DNA of 64,000 nt, from assembly GCA_903944345.1 (NCBI GenBank), contig CAJARJ010000016.1, forward strand, positions 89,852-153,851, in the 5' to 3' direction. Numbering within the stretch: the first letter of the stretch is position 1; each line of letters begins with the position of its first letter. The position numbers and the translations under genes were made by a program. This DNA comes from Candidatus Omnitrophota bacterium (lineage in GTDB: Bacteria > Omnitrophota > Gorgyraeia > Zapsychrales > Fredricksoniimonadaceae). Positions 1 through 11,100 of the stretch are shown here, in pieces. Below the pieces are notes generated by a model, which was not told the origin of the DNA, ran no database searches, and saw only the letters and a list, made by a program, of their open reading frames with translations.

Positions 1-152
1 TGAAATTGGAAGATGATGTGGAAGCGCTTGTTTATTCCTCAGAGATCGATAAAGAGGAAGCGGCTAAACTCAAGCCCGCCGACAAGTTGCGTGTTAAGGT
101 CATCAAGGTCGACGTTGACCAGATGAAGATCGGCGTTAGCGCCCGGATCTAA
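1..152 (+). CDS. rpsA: 3' end of 30S ribosomal protein S1 (partial)
   Basis: Frame 3 reads KLEDDVEALVYSSEI...LRVKVIKVDVDQMKIGVSARI*, an S1-domain C-terminus; not in the ORF track. Confidence 0.75.
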   Translation, partial: KLEDDVEALVYSSEIDKEEAAKLKPADKLRVKVIKVDVDQMKIGVSARI

Positions 153-163
153 AGTTGAAGCCA

Positions 164-222
164 AAGGGTTAGAGTCAGCAGGTATCTGAGAAGTTATCCA
201 GAGCTTGCCGGCTCTAACCCTT
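164..222 (+). promoter_or_regulatory. Long imperfect hairpin between rpsA and tyrS (terminator or leader structure)
   Basis: aagggttagag (164-174) pairs with ctctaaccctt (212-222); the stem continues with G-U pairs and is followed by atctctttt. Confidence 0.55.
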
Positions 223-231
223 ATCTCTTTT

Positions 232-1395
232 ATGGATACAAAAACAGCCCTTTCTATTCTTACTCGCGGAGCAGTCGAGATTATTTCTGTCGAGCTTCTG
301 CAAAAGAAGCTGGAAGAGGCTCGTCAGGCATCCCGCCCCTTGGTGATCAAGGCCGGATTTGATCCGACTGCGCCGGATATGCATCTGGGGCATATGGTTT
401 TGTTGCGCAAGATGCGGCAGTTTCAGGATCTTGGTCATAAGGTTGTTTTTCTGATAGGAGATTTTACTGCTCAGGTTGGCGACCCCACTGGTCGTAATGA
501 ATTACGAAAGAAGATGTCCCGGGCAGATGTTGATGTTAATGCAGCTACGTACAGAGACCAGGTTTTCAAGGTTCTGGACTCTTCCCGTACGGAAGTTGTT
601 TTTAATAGCCGTTGGCTTGCTTCTTTGTCTGCCCAAGAGATGATGGAGCTAAGTGCGCGTTCCACGGTGGCCCAAATGCTGGCCAGGGCAGATTTTAAAA
701 AGCGTTTTGAAGATGGGCGTGAAATAAGCCTGCTGGAATTTTTCTATCCTTTGTTACAAGGCTATGATTCAGCCTATCTTAAAGCTGATGTTGAATTAGG
801 CGGGACTGACCAGAAATTTAATCTTCTGATGGGGCGTCAAATCCAGGAGTCAATGGGGCAGTCCCCCCAGGTTGTAATTATGACTCCTTTACTGGAAGGT
901 CTCGACGGGGTGCAGAAAATGTCAAAATCTCTGGGAAATTGTATCGGTATCAACGAGCCTCCCAGGGATCAGTTTGGCAAAATCATGTCTATTAGTGACG
1001 GGCAGATGCTTCGTTTTTATGAGCTTCTGACTGAAGAGAGTCTTGATGTGGTCCGACAGAAGCATCCCAAGGCGGCCAAGATGGATCTTGCTGAGAATCT
1101 TGTTGGACAGTTTCACGGCGTGATTGCGGGACGGGAGGCCAGAGAAAATTTCGAGCGGGTTTTTTCTCAGGAGCAAATTCCTGATGATGCGCAGGTCTTT
1201 CGTCTGTCGCAAGATGGTTCCGGTTTGCTGGTTGATATCTTGGTTGGATCCGGTGCCGCACCTTCGAAGAATGAGGCGCGTCGTCTGATTCGTCAGAATG
1301 CTGTGACTCTCTCCGGGGTAGTGCTCGGCGAGGATTGGAAGCCTGAAGTTGGTGTGTTAAAAATCGGCAAGCGCCGTTTTGTCCGGCTGATCTGA
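232..1395 (+). CDS. tyrS: Tyrosine--tRNA ligase
   Basis: GFDPTAPDMHLGH, GGTDQKFN, KMSKS, C-terminal S4 domain; start at ATG 232. Confidence 0.97.
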   Translation: MDTKTALSILTRGAVEIISVELLQKKLEEARQASRPLVIKAGFDPTAPDMHLGHMVLLRKMRQFQDLGHKVVFLIGDFTAQVGDPTGRNELRKKMSRADVDVNAATYRDQVFKVLDSSRTEVVFNSRWLASLSAQEMMELSARSTVAQMLARADFKKRFEDGREISLLEFFYPLLQGYDSAYLKADVELGGTDQKFNLLMGRQIQESMGQSPQVVIMTPLLEGLDGVQKMSKSLGNCIGINEPPRDQFGKIMSISDGQMLRFYELLTEESLDVVRQKHPKAAKMDLAENLVGQFHGVIAGREARENFERVFSQEQIPDDAQVFRLSQDGSGLLVDILVGSGAAPSKNEARRLIRQNAVTLSGVVLGEDWKPEVGVLKIGKRRFVRLI

Positions 1396-1436
1396 GTTCG
1401 GCTGGACATTATATTTCTCCGTTTCTTTAAAAGAGC

Positions 1437-1465
1437 TTGACATTAACACATCCTTTGGGTATACT
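1437..1465 (+). promoter_or_regulatory. Sigma70-type promoter of the super-cluster
   Basis: TTGACA-17 nt-TATACT just upstream of tRNA-Thr. Confidence 0.85.
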
Positions 1466-1481
1466 TTTACTTCCTTTGTGT

Positions 1482-1554
1482 GCCCTTGTAGCTCAGTTGG
1501 TAGAGCACGTCCTTGGTAAGGACGAGGTCACCGGTTCGATCCCGGTCGAGGGCT
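1482..1554 (+). tRNA. tRNA-Thr(GGT), CCA not encoded
   Basis: GCCCTTG/CGAGGGC acceptor stem, cgtcc-ttGGTaa-ggacg anticodon arm, GGTTCGATCCC T-arm. Confidence 0.96.
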
Positions 1555-1583
1555 TATGTTTTGAGTGGAAAGAGCCAATATAT

Positions 1584-1736
1584 ATGCGTGAAATCATTCA
1601 TTTTCAGTGCACCGAATGCAGTCGGATTAATTATTCTGGCACCAAAGACAAAAAGAAGAAGCCCGAGCGTATCGAGCTCAAGAAGTATTGTCCTTCTGAG
1701 AGAAAGCATACGACTCACAAGGAAACCAAGAAATAA
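1584..1736 (+). CDS. rpmG: 50S ribosomal protein L33
   Basis: MREIIHFQCTECSRINY...IELKKYCP...HKETKK; true start ATG 1584. Confidence 0.95.
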   Translation: MREIIHFQCTECSRINYSGTKDKKKKPERIELKKYCPSERKHTTHKETKK

Positions 1737-1738
1737 TT

Positions 1739-1812
1739 AGGCCAGTAGCTCTAACTGGTAGAGCGACGGTCTCCAAAACCGCAGGTTGCAGGTTCGAATC
1801 CTGCCTGGCCTG
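1739..1812 (+). tRNA. tRNA-Trp(CCA), CCA tail not encoded
   Basis: AGGCCAG/CTGGCCT acceptor stem, ctCCAaa loop, GGTTCGAATCC; canonical position before secE. Confidence 0.96.
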
Positions 1813-1822
1813 TGAATTTGAC

Positions 1823-2008
1823 ATGATCCTAAAAATAAAAACTTTTATCGAAGAAGTTATCGCTGAAATGAAGAAAGTTAGCTGGACTTCCCGAAAGGAT
1901 CTGGTTAATTCTACCTTTGTCGTGATCATCAGCGCACTTTGCTTGGGAGTTTTTATAACTTTAGTGGATCTGGTTCTTTCAAGAAGCATCAATCTGATTA
2001 TTAGGTAA
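1823..2008 (+). CDS. secE: Preprotein translocase SecE
   Basis: EMKKVSW motif plus one TM helix; synteny. Confidence 0.93.
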   Translation: MILKIKTFIEEVIAEMKKVSWTSRKDLVNSTFVVIISALCLGVFITLVDLVLSRSINLIIR

Positions 2009-2014
2009 ATAAAT

Positions 2015-2539
2015 ATGGACTGGTATGTTATTCACACTCAAACCGGGGCCGAAGAGCGTGCCAGGGCCGGCATTGAACGACGCATCCAAACTACTGAATT
2101 GAAAAATTTTGTAGAAGAAATTATTGTTCCGACTGAACAGGTTTCAGAGGTGCGTGGGGGCAAAAAACGTATCACTGCCCGCAAATTTTTTCCTGGTTAT
2201 ATTCTTATCAAAATGAATATGACCAAGGAAAGTTGGTATTTGATTAAAACCACTCCGGGTGTCACCAGTTTTATCGGTCCTGGTCGACAGCCCCAGAAGC
2301 TTTCTGATGCGGAAGTTAATACTATCCTTAAGAGAACAGTAGATACTGAGTCCAAACCGTCACCAAAGATTGTTTTTGACGTGAACGAGCCGGTGCGAAT
2401 TACCCAGGGGCCGTTTGCGAATTTTAACGGTGCAGTGACTGAGGTTGTTCCCGAGCGCGGGAAGCTTAAAGTAAGCGTGCCTGTCTTTGGTCGTGCTACC
2501 CAAGTGGAGCTTGAGTACTGGCAGGTTGAGAAAATCTAA
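2015..2539 (+). CDS. nusG: Transcription factor NusG
   Basis: WYVIHT, FFPGY, GPFANF KOW motif. Confidence 0.97.
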   Translation: MDWYVIHTQTGAEERARAGIERRIQTTELKNFVEEIIVPTEQVSEVRGGKKRITARKFFPGYILIKMNMTKESWYLIKTTPGVTSFIGPGRQPQKLSDAEVNTILKRTVDTESKPSPKIVFDVNEPVRITQGPFANFNGAVTEVVPERGKLKVSVPVFGRATQVELEYWQVEKI

Positions 2540-2559
2540 CATTTATCCCGGAAAAGATT

Positions 2560-2985
2560 ATGGCAAAAGAGTTAATCGCGAAAGTTAATCTTTACGTTAC
2601 GGCAGGACAGGCAAACCCTGCGCCGCCGGTTGGTCCCGCGCTTGGTCAGCACGGCGTTAATATCATGGACTTTTGCAAGAAGTTCAATGAGCAGACCAAG
2701 GGGCGTGATCCGATGCCTCTGCCTGTCATCATAGATATTTTCAAAGACAAATCTTTTACCTTTGTCATTAAGACTCCGCCAAGCTCGGCCTTATTGAAAA
2801 AAACTGCAAAGCTTGCCAAGGCATCTGGCTTAGCAGGAAAAGAGACATTGGCGACGCTTACTCGTGCGCAGGTTGAGGAAGTGGCGAAGCAGAAGATGGA
2901 AGATCTCAATACGGCAGATCTTGAGCAGGCGATCAGGATCGTCAAAGGTACTGCCAGAAGCATGGGTATTGTAATAAAGGATTAA
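2560..2985 (+). CDS. rplK: 50S ribosomal protein L11
   Basis: ANPAPPVGPALGQHG. Confidence 0.98.
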   Translation: MAKELIAKVNLYVTAGQANPAPPVGPALGQHGVNIMDFCKKFNEQTKGRDPMPLPVIIDIFKDKSFTFVIKTPPSSALLKKTAKLAKASGLAGKETLATLTRAQVEEVAKQKMEDLNTADLEQAIRIVKGTARSMGIVIKD

Positions 2986-2986
2986 C

Positions 2987-3670
2987 ATGTCTACGAAAGT
3001 CTCTAAAAGGATAAAAAGCGTTTACAAGAATATTGATGCTTCCAAGAGTTATCCGCTTAAAGAAGCTATCGATCTCTTGCAGCAGACGCCGAAGGTCAAA
3101 TTTGATGAAACTGCAGAATTGCATTTTCATTTAGGTATCGACGTCAAAGCTTCCGATCAGAACGTTCGTGGAACAGTAGTTCTTACGCACGGGACGGGGC
3201 GTACTGTTAAGGTTGCTGTAGTATGCCAAGGTGAGAATGTTGCCAAAGCAAAAGCAGCCGGAGCGGATATTGTTGGATCTGCTGACCTGATTCAAAAGAT
3301 TGAGCAAGGATATCTGGAGTTCGATTGCCTCATCGCCACTCCGGATATGATGAAAGACCTGAGTAAGTTGGGGAAGGTGCTTGGTCCACGCGGATTAATG
3401 CCTTCGCCTAAGGCCGGTACGGTCACGGCTGATGTTGAGCGCGCTCTCAGGGAGGTCAAAGCTGGCCGGGTTGAATTTAAGAATGACAAGCAGGGCGGCA
3501 TTCATCTCGGAGTAGGCAAGCGCTCGTTTTCATCCGAGAAGCTGCTGGATAACGCCATGCAAATAATTGAGGCGGTGTCTCATGCCAAGCCGTCTTCAGT
3601 CAAGGGCGTTTTCATAAAGAGTGTCTATTTGTCCTCAACAATGGGGGCTGGGATAAAGGTGGCGTTATGA
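2987..3670 (+). CDS. rplA: 50S ribosomal protein L1
   Basis: LGPRGLMPSPKAGTVT. Confidence 0.98.
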   Translation: MSTKVSKRIKSVYKNIDASKSYPLKEAIDLLQQTPKVKFDETAELHFHLGIDVKASDQNVRGTVVLTHGTGRTVKVAVVCQGENVAKAKAAGADIVGSADLIQKIEQGYLEFDCLIATPDMMKDLSKLGKVLGPRGLMPSPKAGTVTADVERALREVKAGRVEFKNDKQGGIHLGVGKRSFSSEKLLDNAMQIIEAVSHAKPSSVKGVFIKSVYLSSTMGAGIKVAL

Positions 3671-4194
3671 AAATCGGTCGTTTATGTAAAGAAAAAGTTG
3701 TTGAAACGATCAAGAAAGGTGTCTCAACCAAAAATAGCGCTTTTGTAGTTAATTATCGCAATATTTCTTCCGGGGCGATATCCGGATTGCGTAAAAAGCT
3801 GCAAGGTTCCAAAGCGAAGATGTATCTTTCCCGTACTACGATTGCCAAAATTGCTCTTAAAGATTCGGGGCTTTCATTTTTGACGGAGAATTTGGAAGGG
3901 CATACGGCTTTTGTTTGGAGTGATACAGATCCGGTTCAGGTTTCCAAGGTGCTGGTGGGTTTTGCAGAAAAAAATGAGGCATTTGTTGTTCGCGGCGGGC
4001 TTGTTGATGGTGGACATCTCAAACAGGCAGATGTCAAGCGTTTGTCTGAGCTCCCGGCGAAAGAAGTCTTGGTGGCGCAGTTGCTCGGTACTTTGCAGGC
4101 ACCTGTCACTCGTTTGGCAAGGGTATTAAACGGAAAAACAACAGAACTTATTCTGATTTTGAAACAATTAAGTGAGAAAAAGGGAGGGAATTAA
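3667..4194 (+). CDS. rplJ: 50S ribosomal protein L10
   Basis: Synteny; [16 protein letters not shown]. Confidence 0.93.
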   Translation: MKIGRLCKEKVVETIKKGVSTKNSAFVVNYRNISSGAISGLRKKLQGSKAKMYLSRTTIAKIALKDSGLSFLTENLEGHTAFVWSDTDPVQVSKVLVGFAEKNEAFVVRGGLVDGGHLKQADVKRLSELPAKEVLVAQLLGTLQAPVTRLARVLNGKTTELILILKQLSEKKGGN

Positions 4195-4195
4195 A

Positions 4196-4594
4196 ATGTC
4201 TGACAATAACAATCTTTCACCCAAGCTCGCCGAGCTTATGACGAGCATTGAGTCGCTTACTGCTCTTGAGATTTCTGATCTCGTAAAGGCGCTTGAAGCC
4301 AAGTTCGGTATCACGGCTGCTGCTCCTGTTATGATGGCTGGCGCAGTTGCTGGTGGAGCTGCCGCTGCTCCTGTCGAGGAAAAAACTTCTTTCAAGGTTG
4401 TCCTCAAGGAAGCTGGTGCGAACAAGATCAATGTCATCAAAGAAGTTCGTGCAATAACCAATCTCGGTCTTAAAGAGGCCAAGGATCTGGTTGAGGGTGC
4501 TCCTAAGGCAGTCAAGGAAGATGCCACTAAGGAAGAGGCCGAGGATATCAAAAAGAAGCTTGAAGCTGCCGGCGCCAAAGTCGAGCTTCAATAA
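4196..4594 (+). CDS. rplL: 50S ribosomal protein L7/L12
   Basis: [14 protein letters not shown]; SD GGAGG before ATG 4196. Confidence 0.98.
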   Translation: MSDNNNLSPKLAELMTSIESLTALEISDLVKALEAKFGITAAAPVMMAGAVAGGAAAAPVEEKTSFKVVLKEAGANKINVIKEVRAITNLGLKEAKDLVEGAPKAVKEDATKEEAEDIKKKLEAAGAKVELQ

Positions 4595-4617
4595 AGCGTT
4601 CAATATCGTGATTCTTT

Positions 4618-4648
4618 GTCGGAACGGGAAATATTTTCCCGTTCCGAC
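4618..4648 (+). terminator. Perfect 14-bp hairpin between rplL and rpoB (attenuator or processing site)
   Basis: gtcggaacgggaaa-tat-tttcccgttccgac; weak U-tract. Confidence 0.6.
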
Positions 4649-4680
4649 TAATCCTTTTCAAAAGAGAGAACTCAAGGAAT

Positions 4681-7600
4681 ATGGTAAAAAAGACATTCAA
4701 AGAGTTCAGTAAATTTGTCGACGCGTTCGAACTACCTTCACTCCTCGATATTCAGGTCAAATCTTACGAATCTTTTTTACAGCGCGATCTTGACGCTGAC
4801 AAGAGATCTGATTTGGGTTTGGAGGAGGTCTTCCGTGAAGTTTTTCCTTTGGAGAGCTATGACGGGCAGATTCGTCTGGAATATATCAGTTATGCTTTTG
4901 GCAAGGAGAAATATTCCCGTGCTGAATGCCAGAGAAGGGGGATGACCTATTCTGCCCCTTTGAAGGTCAAGTTGAGGCTGATTACGCCTGTCGATATCAA
5001 GGAGCAGGATGTCTATTTTGGTGATTTTCCTTTAATGACTGAAAATGGAACGTTTATCATTAATGGTGATGAGCGGGTTGTTGTGTCGCAGATTCAGCGG
5101 CCACCGGGAGTTTCTTTCGAGGCAGAACTACACCCTACAGGGAAAACAATTTATCACGGTCGACTTATCCCTTTGAGAGGAGCGTGGTTTGAGGTCAAGT
5201 ATGATCTTAATGACGTTCTGATTGCCTACATTGATCGTCGTCGCAATTTTCCTGCAACCCAGATCTTCCGTATTATGGGACTCACAACCAAGGAAGATAT
5301 GGAGCAGATCTTTGGCGATGATTACAAGAAATTATTGCCAACTTTGGAGAAGGATCATACTGAATCCAAAGAAGATGCGTTGCTCGATTTTTATAAAAAA
5401 ATGCGTCCTACAGAGCCCGCAACGGTAGATGTTGCAGAAGCTCTGTTTTTCCGTTTATTTTTTGACCCCAAACGCTACGACCTGTCCAGAGTCGGTCGGC
5501 ATATTCTGAATCGCAAATTAAGCACGAATATTCCTATGGATAATCGTGTTTTGGATATCGAGACTGTTGTTGCAACTACGAAGTATCTTTTTTCTTTACG
5601 TGAAGGCCGAGGGGATACCGACGATATTGACCATTTGGGCAATCGACGGATCAAAACTGTCGGAGAGTTAATACAAAATCAGGTTAGAATCGGGCTTGCC
5701 CGATTGGAGAGATCAATTAAAGAGCGTTTGGTTGTCATGAGTAATTTCGAGAACCTGACAGCTCATCACTTGATCAATTCGCGCCTTTTTTCCAATCAGA
5801 TTCAGGACTTTTTTGCCCGCAGCCAGCTGTCTCAGTTTGCTGATCAGGTTAACCCGGTAGCAGAAATGACGCACAAGCGTCGTTTGTCAGCTCTTGGGCC
5901 CGGTGGTCTTTCCAGAGAAAGGGCGGGGTTTGAGGTTCGTGACGTCCATCCGACGCACTATGGTCGAGTTTGTCCGATCGAAACCCCCGAAGGTCCGAAT
6001 ATTGGTTTAATTTCATCTTTAACCACGTGTGCTCGCGTTAATGACCTTGGCTTTATAGAAACTCCTTACCGTAAGGTTGAAAACGGTCGTGTTTCCAAAA
6101 AAGTCGAATATTTGACGGCAGATATAGATCAAAACAAGAATGTGGCTCAGGCCAACACTCCGGTCGACAAGGATGGAAATTTCCTGGTCAAGGATATTTC
6201 ATGCCGTTACAAGACTGATTTTCCCAAAGTAGCTCCGCAAGATGTGGACTATATGGATGTTTCGCCCAAGCAGATGGTTTCTGTTGCTACGGCTTTGATT
6301 CCTTTTCTGGAGCATGATGACGCGAATCGTGCCTTGATGGGATCGAACATGCAACGCCAGGCGGTTCCGTTAATGATCACGGACATCCCTTATGTTGGAA
6401 CAGGGATGGAGGAAAAAGTTGCTCGTGATGCTGGCGTTATGATTATTGCCAAGGATGATGGTGTCATTACCAAGGCAGATGCGCTGGAGATCGTAATTGA
6501 TAACAAGCATGTTTACCAGCTTAAAGTTTACCAGAGGTCCAATGCCAACACCTGTTTGCATCAAAAGCCTTTGGTGAAGCCGGGTGACAAAGTTGTTAAA
6601 GGGCAGATCATAGCTGACGGGGTGGCTACTAAAGAAGGAAAGTTGGCTCTTGGACGCAATGCTTTGGTTGCTTTTATGCCCTGGAGAGGCTATAACTTCG
6701 AAGATGCTATTATTATCAGCGAGCGAGTAGTTCGTGAAGACGGATTTACGTCTATTCATATAGAACGTTTTGAGCTTGAATGTCGTGAAACTCGTCTTGG
6801 TAATGAAGAAATTACCAGAGATATTCCCAATGTCGGAGATGAAGCGCTGAAAGATCTTACCGAAGAGGGGATTGTGCGTATTGGTGCAGAGGTTAAAGCT
6901 GGAGATATCCTTGTTGGTAAGGTGACTCCGAAAAGTGAGAAAGAATTATCTCCGGAAGAGCGTTTGTTGCGAGCGATATTTGGAGAGAAAGCTGCAGATG
7001 TTCGGGATACATCGTTAACATTATCGCCCGGGATCAGTGGTGTGGTTGTTAATGTTGAGGTCTTTCAGCGCAATGAGCGCGGTCGCAAGTCAAAAGCGGA
7101 GAAAGCTAAAGAGCAGTTGGAAATCGATAAAGTCAAAGAATACTATCAGCAGGAACTGGAGTTCCTGTCAAATGACAAGAACAAGAAATTAGCCAAAATT
7201 CTCGGTTTAGATGAGAAAAAGGTTGGACTTTTGACCGTAGATGATCTTGAGGAAGATAGCGAAGGCCGTGAGATTCTTGCGGTCTTTAATGCCCGTGCTG
7301 CCGAATTAGTTGAAGAAGAAGAGCGTGAGACAGGGCGCATTCGAAAGGGTGACGAATTACCGGCTGGCGTACTCAAACGGGTTGTTGTCTATGTCGCAAC
7401 CAAGCGTAAGTTGTCGGTTGGCGATAAAATGGCGGGTCGGCATGGTAATAAAGGGATCGTTTCCAGAATTATGCCTGAGGAAGATATGCCCTTCCTTGCT
7501 GATGGAACTCCTGTTGATATTATTTTGAATCCACTGGGTGTTCCTTCTCGTATGAATGTTGGTCAGCTGCTTGAGACTCATTTAGGATGGGCAGCCAAGG

Positions 7601-8133
7601 CTTTGGGCTTTCATGCGGTAACTCCGGTTTTTAACGGGGCGAACGAAGAAGAAATCCGGGAATTGCTCAAGGAAGCAAAGCTGCCTGAAGATGGTAAATC
7701 TGTAGTTTATGACGGACATAGTGGATTGCCGTTCGACCAGAAAATCACCGTTGGGCAGATTTATATGCTTAAGCTTAATCACTTGGTAGACGAGAAGATA
7801 CATGCTCGTTCTATCGGGCCGTATTCGCTGGTAACCCAGCAGCCTCTGGGCGGCAAAGCTCATTTTGGCGGTCAGAGATTCGGTGAAATGGAAGTCTGGG
7901 CGCTTGAAGCTTATGGTGCGGCGTATACTCTTCAGGAAATGCTGACGGTCAAGTCTGATGACGTTGTTGGCCGCAGTCGGATCTATGAAGCTATCGTCAA
8001 GGGAGAACAGGCCTTGGCGCCAGGGATTCCCGAGTCTTTTAACGTTCTGGTTAAAGAGCTTCAAGGCTTGTGTTTGGATATCAGGCTTGAGAAGGCGGAG
8101 ACCGCAGAAGACAAAAAGGGTGATAAAGAATAA
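4681..8133 (+). CDS. rpoB: RNA polymerase beta subunit
   Basis: [25 protein letters not shown]. Confidence 0.99.
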   Translation: MVKKTFKEFSKFVDAFELPSLLDIQVKSYESFLQRDLDADKRSDLGLEEVFREVFPLESYDGQIRLEYISYAFGKEKYSRAECQRRGMTYSAPLKVKLRLITPVDIKEQDVYFGDFPLMTENGTFIINGDERVVVSQIQRPPGVSFEAELHPTGKTIYHGRLIPLRGAWFEVKYDLNDVLIAYIDRRRNFPATQIFRIMGLTTKEDMEQIFGDDYKKLLPTLEKDHTESKEDALLDFYKKMRPTEPATVDVAEALFFRLFFDPKRYDLSRVGRHILNRKLSTNIPMDNRVLDIETVVATTKYLFSLREGRGDTDDIDHLGNRRIKTVGELIQNQVRIGLARLERSIKERLVVMSNFENLTAHHLINSRLFSNQIQDFFARSQLSQFADQVNPVAEMTHKRRLSALGPGGLSRERAGFEVRDVHPTHYGRVCPIETPEGPNIGLISSLTTCARVNDLGFIETPYRKVENGRVSKKVEYLTADIDQNKNVAQANTPVDKDGNFLVKDISCRYKTDFPKVAPQDVDYMDVSPKQMVSVATALIPFLEHDDANRALMGSNMQRQAVPLMITDIPYVGTGMEEKVARDAGVMIIAKDDGVITKADALEIVIDNKHVYQLKVYQRSNANTCLHQKPLVKPGDKVVKGQIIADGVATKEGKLALGRNALVAFMPWRGYNFEDAIIISERVVREDGFTSIHIERFELECRETRLGNEEITRDIPNVGDEALKDLTEEGIVRIGAEVKAGDILVGKVTPKSEKELSPEERLLRAIFGEKAADVRDTSLTLSPGISGVVVNVEVFQRNERGRKSKAEKAKEQLEIDKVKEYYQQELEFLSNDKNKKLAKILGLDEKKVGLLTVDDLEEDSEGREILAVFNARAAELVEEEERETGRIRKGDELPAGVLKRVVVYVATKRKLSVGDKMAGRHGNKGIVSRIMPEEDMPFLADGTPVDIILNPLGVPSRMNVGQLLETHLGWAAKALGFHAVTPVFNGANEEEIRELLKEAKLPEDGKSVVYDGHSGLPFDQKITVGQIYMLKLNHLVDEKIHARSIGPYSLVTQQPLGGKAHFGGQRFGEMEVWALEAYGAAYTLQEMLTVKSDDVVGRSRIYEAIVKGEQALAPGIPESFNVLVKELQGLCLDIRLEKAETAEDKKGDKE

Positions 8134-11100
8134 TGGATACCAAGATAGATATCTCCAAGCAGGATCGGATAACAATCAGGATCGCTTCTCCGGACACTAT
8201 TAAGTCATGGTCCAATGGTTCGGTCAAAAAAGCGGAGACTTTAAATTATCGGACACTTAAACCGGAGAAGGATGGACTTTTCTGTGAAAAGATTTTCGGT
8301 CCGGTGCGTGATTGGGAATGCAACTGCGGAAAGTACAAGGGCATTAAATTCAAGGGGATTACTTGTGACCGTTGCGGAGTTCTGGTTACTCGCTCTTCAG
8401 TGCGTCGTGAGAGAATGGGGCATATTGATCTTGCTTGTCCCGTCACTCATATATGGTTCTACAAGGCGGTGCCCAGCCGTTTGGCGGCATTGCTCGGCAT
8501 AGGCCTGCGTGACCTTGAGAAGATTATTTATTACGAAGAATATGTTGTTCTGGATCCAGACAAAACTCCGCTCAAGAAGAAATCTCTTTTGTCTGAGGAC
8601 AAGTATCAGGAAGCCGTTGCCAAGCATGGAGCGGGATTCAGGGCAAAGATTGGAGCCGAGGCTATACGCGATCTTTTACGAGAGATCGATATGGATGCGT
8701 TGGCCAAAAAGCTTCGTAAGGATCTGGAGAAATCCAATCCGAGCGGCACTAATTACAAGAAAGTTTTGAAAACTCTCAAAATCGTTGAAGATTTCAAGTT
8801 ATCAGGAAATCTTGCTGAATGGATGATTCTTGATATCCTTCCGGTTATTCCTCCTGATCTGCGCCCGCTGGTTCCTTTGGAAGGCGGTCGATTTGCCACT
8901 TCAGATCTCAATGATCTTTATCGTCGGGTCATTAACAGAAATAATCGTCTGAAAAAGCTGATTGATTTAAATGCCCCCGAGATTATTATACGCAACGAGA
9001 AGCGTATGCTTCAGGAGGCTGTCGACGCATTGCTTGATAACGGTCGTCATGGCCGTCCAGTTCTTGGATCTGGCAATCGTCCTTTGAAGTCTTTGTCGGA
9101 TATGCTCAAAGGCAAGCAGGGTCGTTTCCGTATGAACCTGCTTGGAAAACGTGTTGACTATTCCGGACGATCAGTTATTGTTGTCGGCCCTGAACTCAAG
9201 CTTTATCAGTGCGGGCTGCCCAAGAAGATGGCTCTTGAGTTGTTTGAACCGTTTATTATCCGCAAGCTCAGAGAGCGCGGGTTTGTTCATACGATCAAAG
9301 GCGCCAAGCGGATGGTTGAGCGTGCCAATGTTGAGGTTTGGGATATTCTTGATGAAGTCATTAAAGATCATCCGATTATGCTCAACCGAGCGCCGACTTT
9401 GCACCGTTTGTCGATCCAGGCTTTTCAGCCGGTTCTGATTGAGGGGAAAGCTATTACCCTGCATCCGTTAGTATGTACGGCCTTTAATGCCGACTTTGAC
9501 GGTGACCAGATGGCAGTACATATTCCTTTGTCTATTGAGGCTCAGACAGAATGTCGCTTGCAGATGCTTTCGGCAAATAATCTGTTCTCACCGGCTGACG
9601 GGCGCCCGATTGTTTCACCGACACAAGATATTGTTCTTGGCCTTTATTATTTGACCAAAGAACGTCCGGCAGTTGAACATGCCAGCAAGATCTTTTCGAA
9701 TCGTAGTGAAGTTATAGTTGCTTATAATGACGGATTGGTGGACTTGCATTTGGGTATTCGTGTTCGGCTGGACATACCCTTGTGGGGTGAGGACAAGTCC
9801 TCGACTATTATTAAAACAGAGCAAATTGGAAATTCAGAAAAATTTGTGCAGGTTCCGGATGCCGGAAAAACAAAAATTTCTGAAACGACGGTTGGACGTG
9901 TTCTTTTTAATGAGATAGTCAATCCCGCCTTAGGCTTTGTTAACGTCACTCTCGACAAGAAGCGAATCGGAGCGGTCATTGCTGATTGTTATAAAAAGCT
10001 CGGACACAATGAGACTGTTCAGTTTCTTGATCGGGTTAAACAATTAGGCTTCCGTCATGCAACCTTGGCAGGAATCTCGATTGCGATGTCTGATTTGATG
10101 CAGCCAAAGGACAAAGAAGCGGTTATTAATGGCGCCAAGCTCGATGCACGTAAGGTCGAGGATCAATACCATAAAGGTGTTATTACCGGTCGTGAACGTT
10201 ATAACAAGGTCATCGATATTTGGACACACACCACTGAGGTTATTTCAGAATTGGTGTTCAAAAAGATGGATCCGTTCAATCCTGTTTACATCATGGCGGA
10301 TTCTGGCGCTCGTGGATCCAAACTGCAAATTCGTCAGTTATCAGGTATGAGAGGGTTGATGGCCAAACCTTCCGGTGAAATCATTGAGAACCCCATCACA
10401 GCCAGTTTCCGTGAAGGGTTGACAGTTTTGGAATATTTTATCTCCACTCATGGTGCGCGTAAGGGGTTGGCCGATACAGCGCTTAAGACAGCGGATGCCG
10501 GATACCTGACTCGTCGTCTGGTTGACGTTGCCCAAGAGATGGTTGTTACAGAAGAAGATTGCGGAACTTTAAATGGAGTTGCCGTATCAGCGATTATTGA
10601 GGGAGATGACGTTGTCGTTTCCTTGAAGGAAAGAATTATTGGTCGCGTCGCGCTGGACACTATAGTCGATGTGGTCACTGATCAGAAGATTGTATCCTCC
10701 GGTGAGGAAATTAACGAGGAGAAGGCTGAACTTATCGAGCAGCTCGGTATTGAACGAGTGCGCATCAGGACAGTTCTGACCTGTGAGGCTCAGCGCGGTA
10801 TTTGCGTGAAGTGTTATGGTCGTAATTTGGCCTCACATCGATTGGCCGAGATGGGTGAGGCGGTCGGTGTTATTGCTGCCCAATCCATCGGCGAACCGGG
10901 AACGCAGTTGACCATGAGAACCTTCCACATCGGCGGAACGGCGAGCGGATCTGTTCAGCAGGCGAATTTGAAGTCCAAGAACAAGGGGTTATTGAAGTAT
11001 CATCAGCTCCGTGTTGTCGAGAAGGGCAAAGAGTTTATTGTTCTTAATCGTAACGGCGCTGTTTCGATCAATAACGAGTATGGCCGTGAGCTGGAGCGTT

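Noticed and set aside
1437-1583. 99-aa ORF extension upstream of rpmG
   Set aside because: It runs through the promoter and tRNA-Thr; the real L33 starts at 1584
5820-5910. Rifampicin-region variant [20 protein letters not shown]
   Set aside because: Key Q, D, H, R and S contacts are retained; resistance cannot be inferred
7582-8175. 197-aa minus-strand ORF, and similar antisense ORFs across the ribosomal cluster
   Set aside because: Antisense shadows of conserved genes with no motifs or SD
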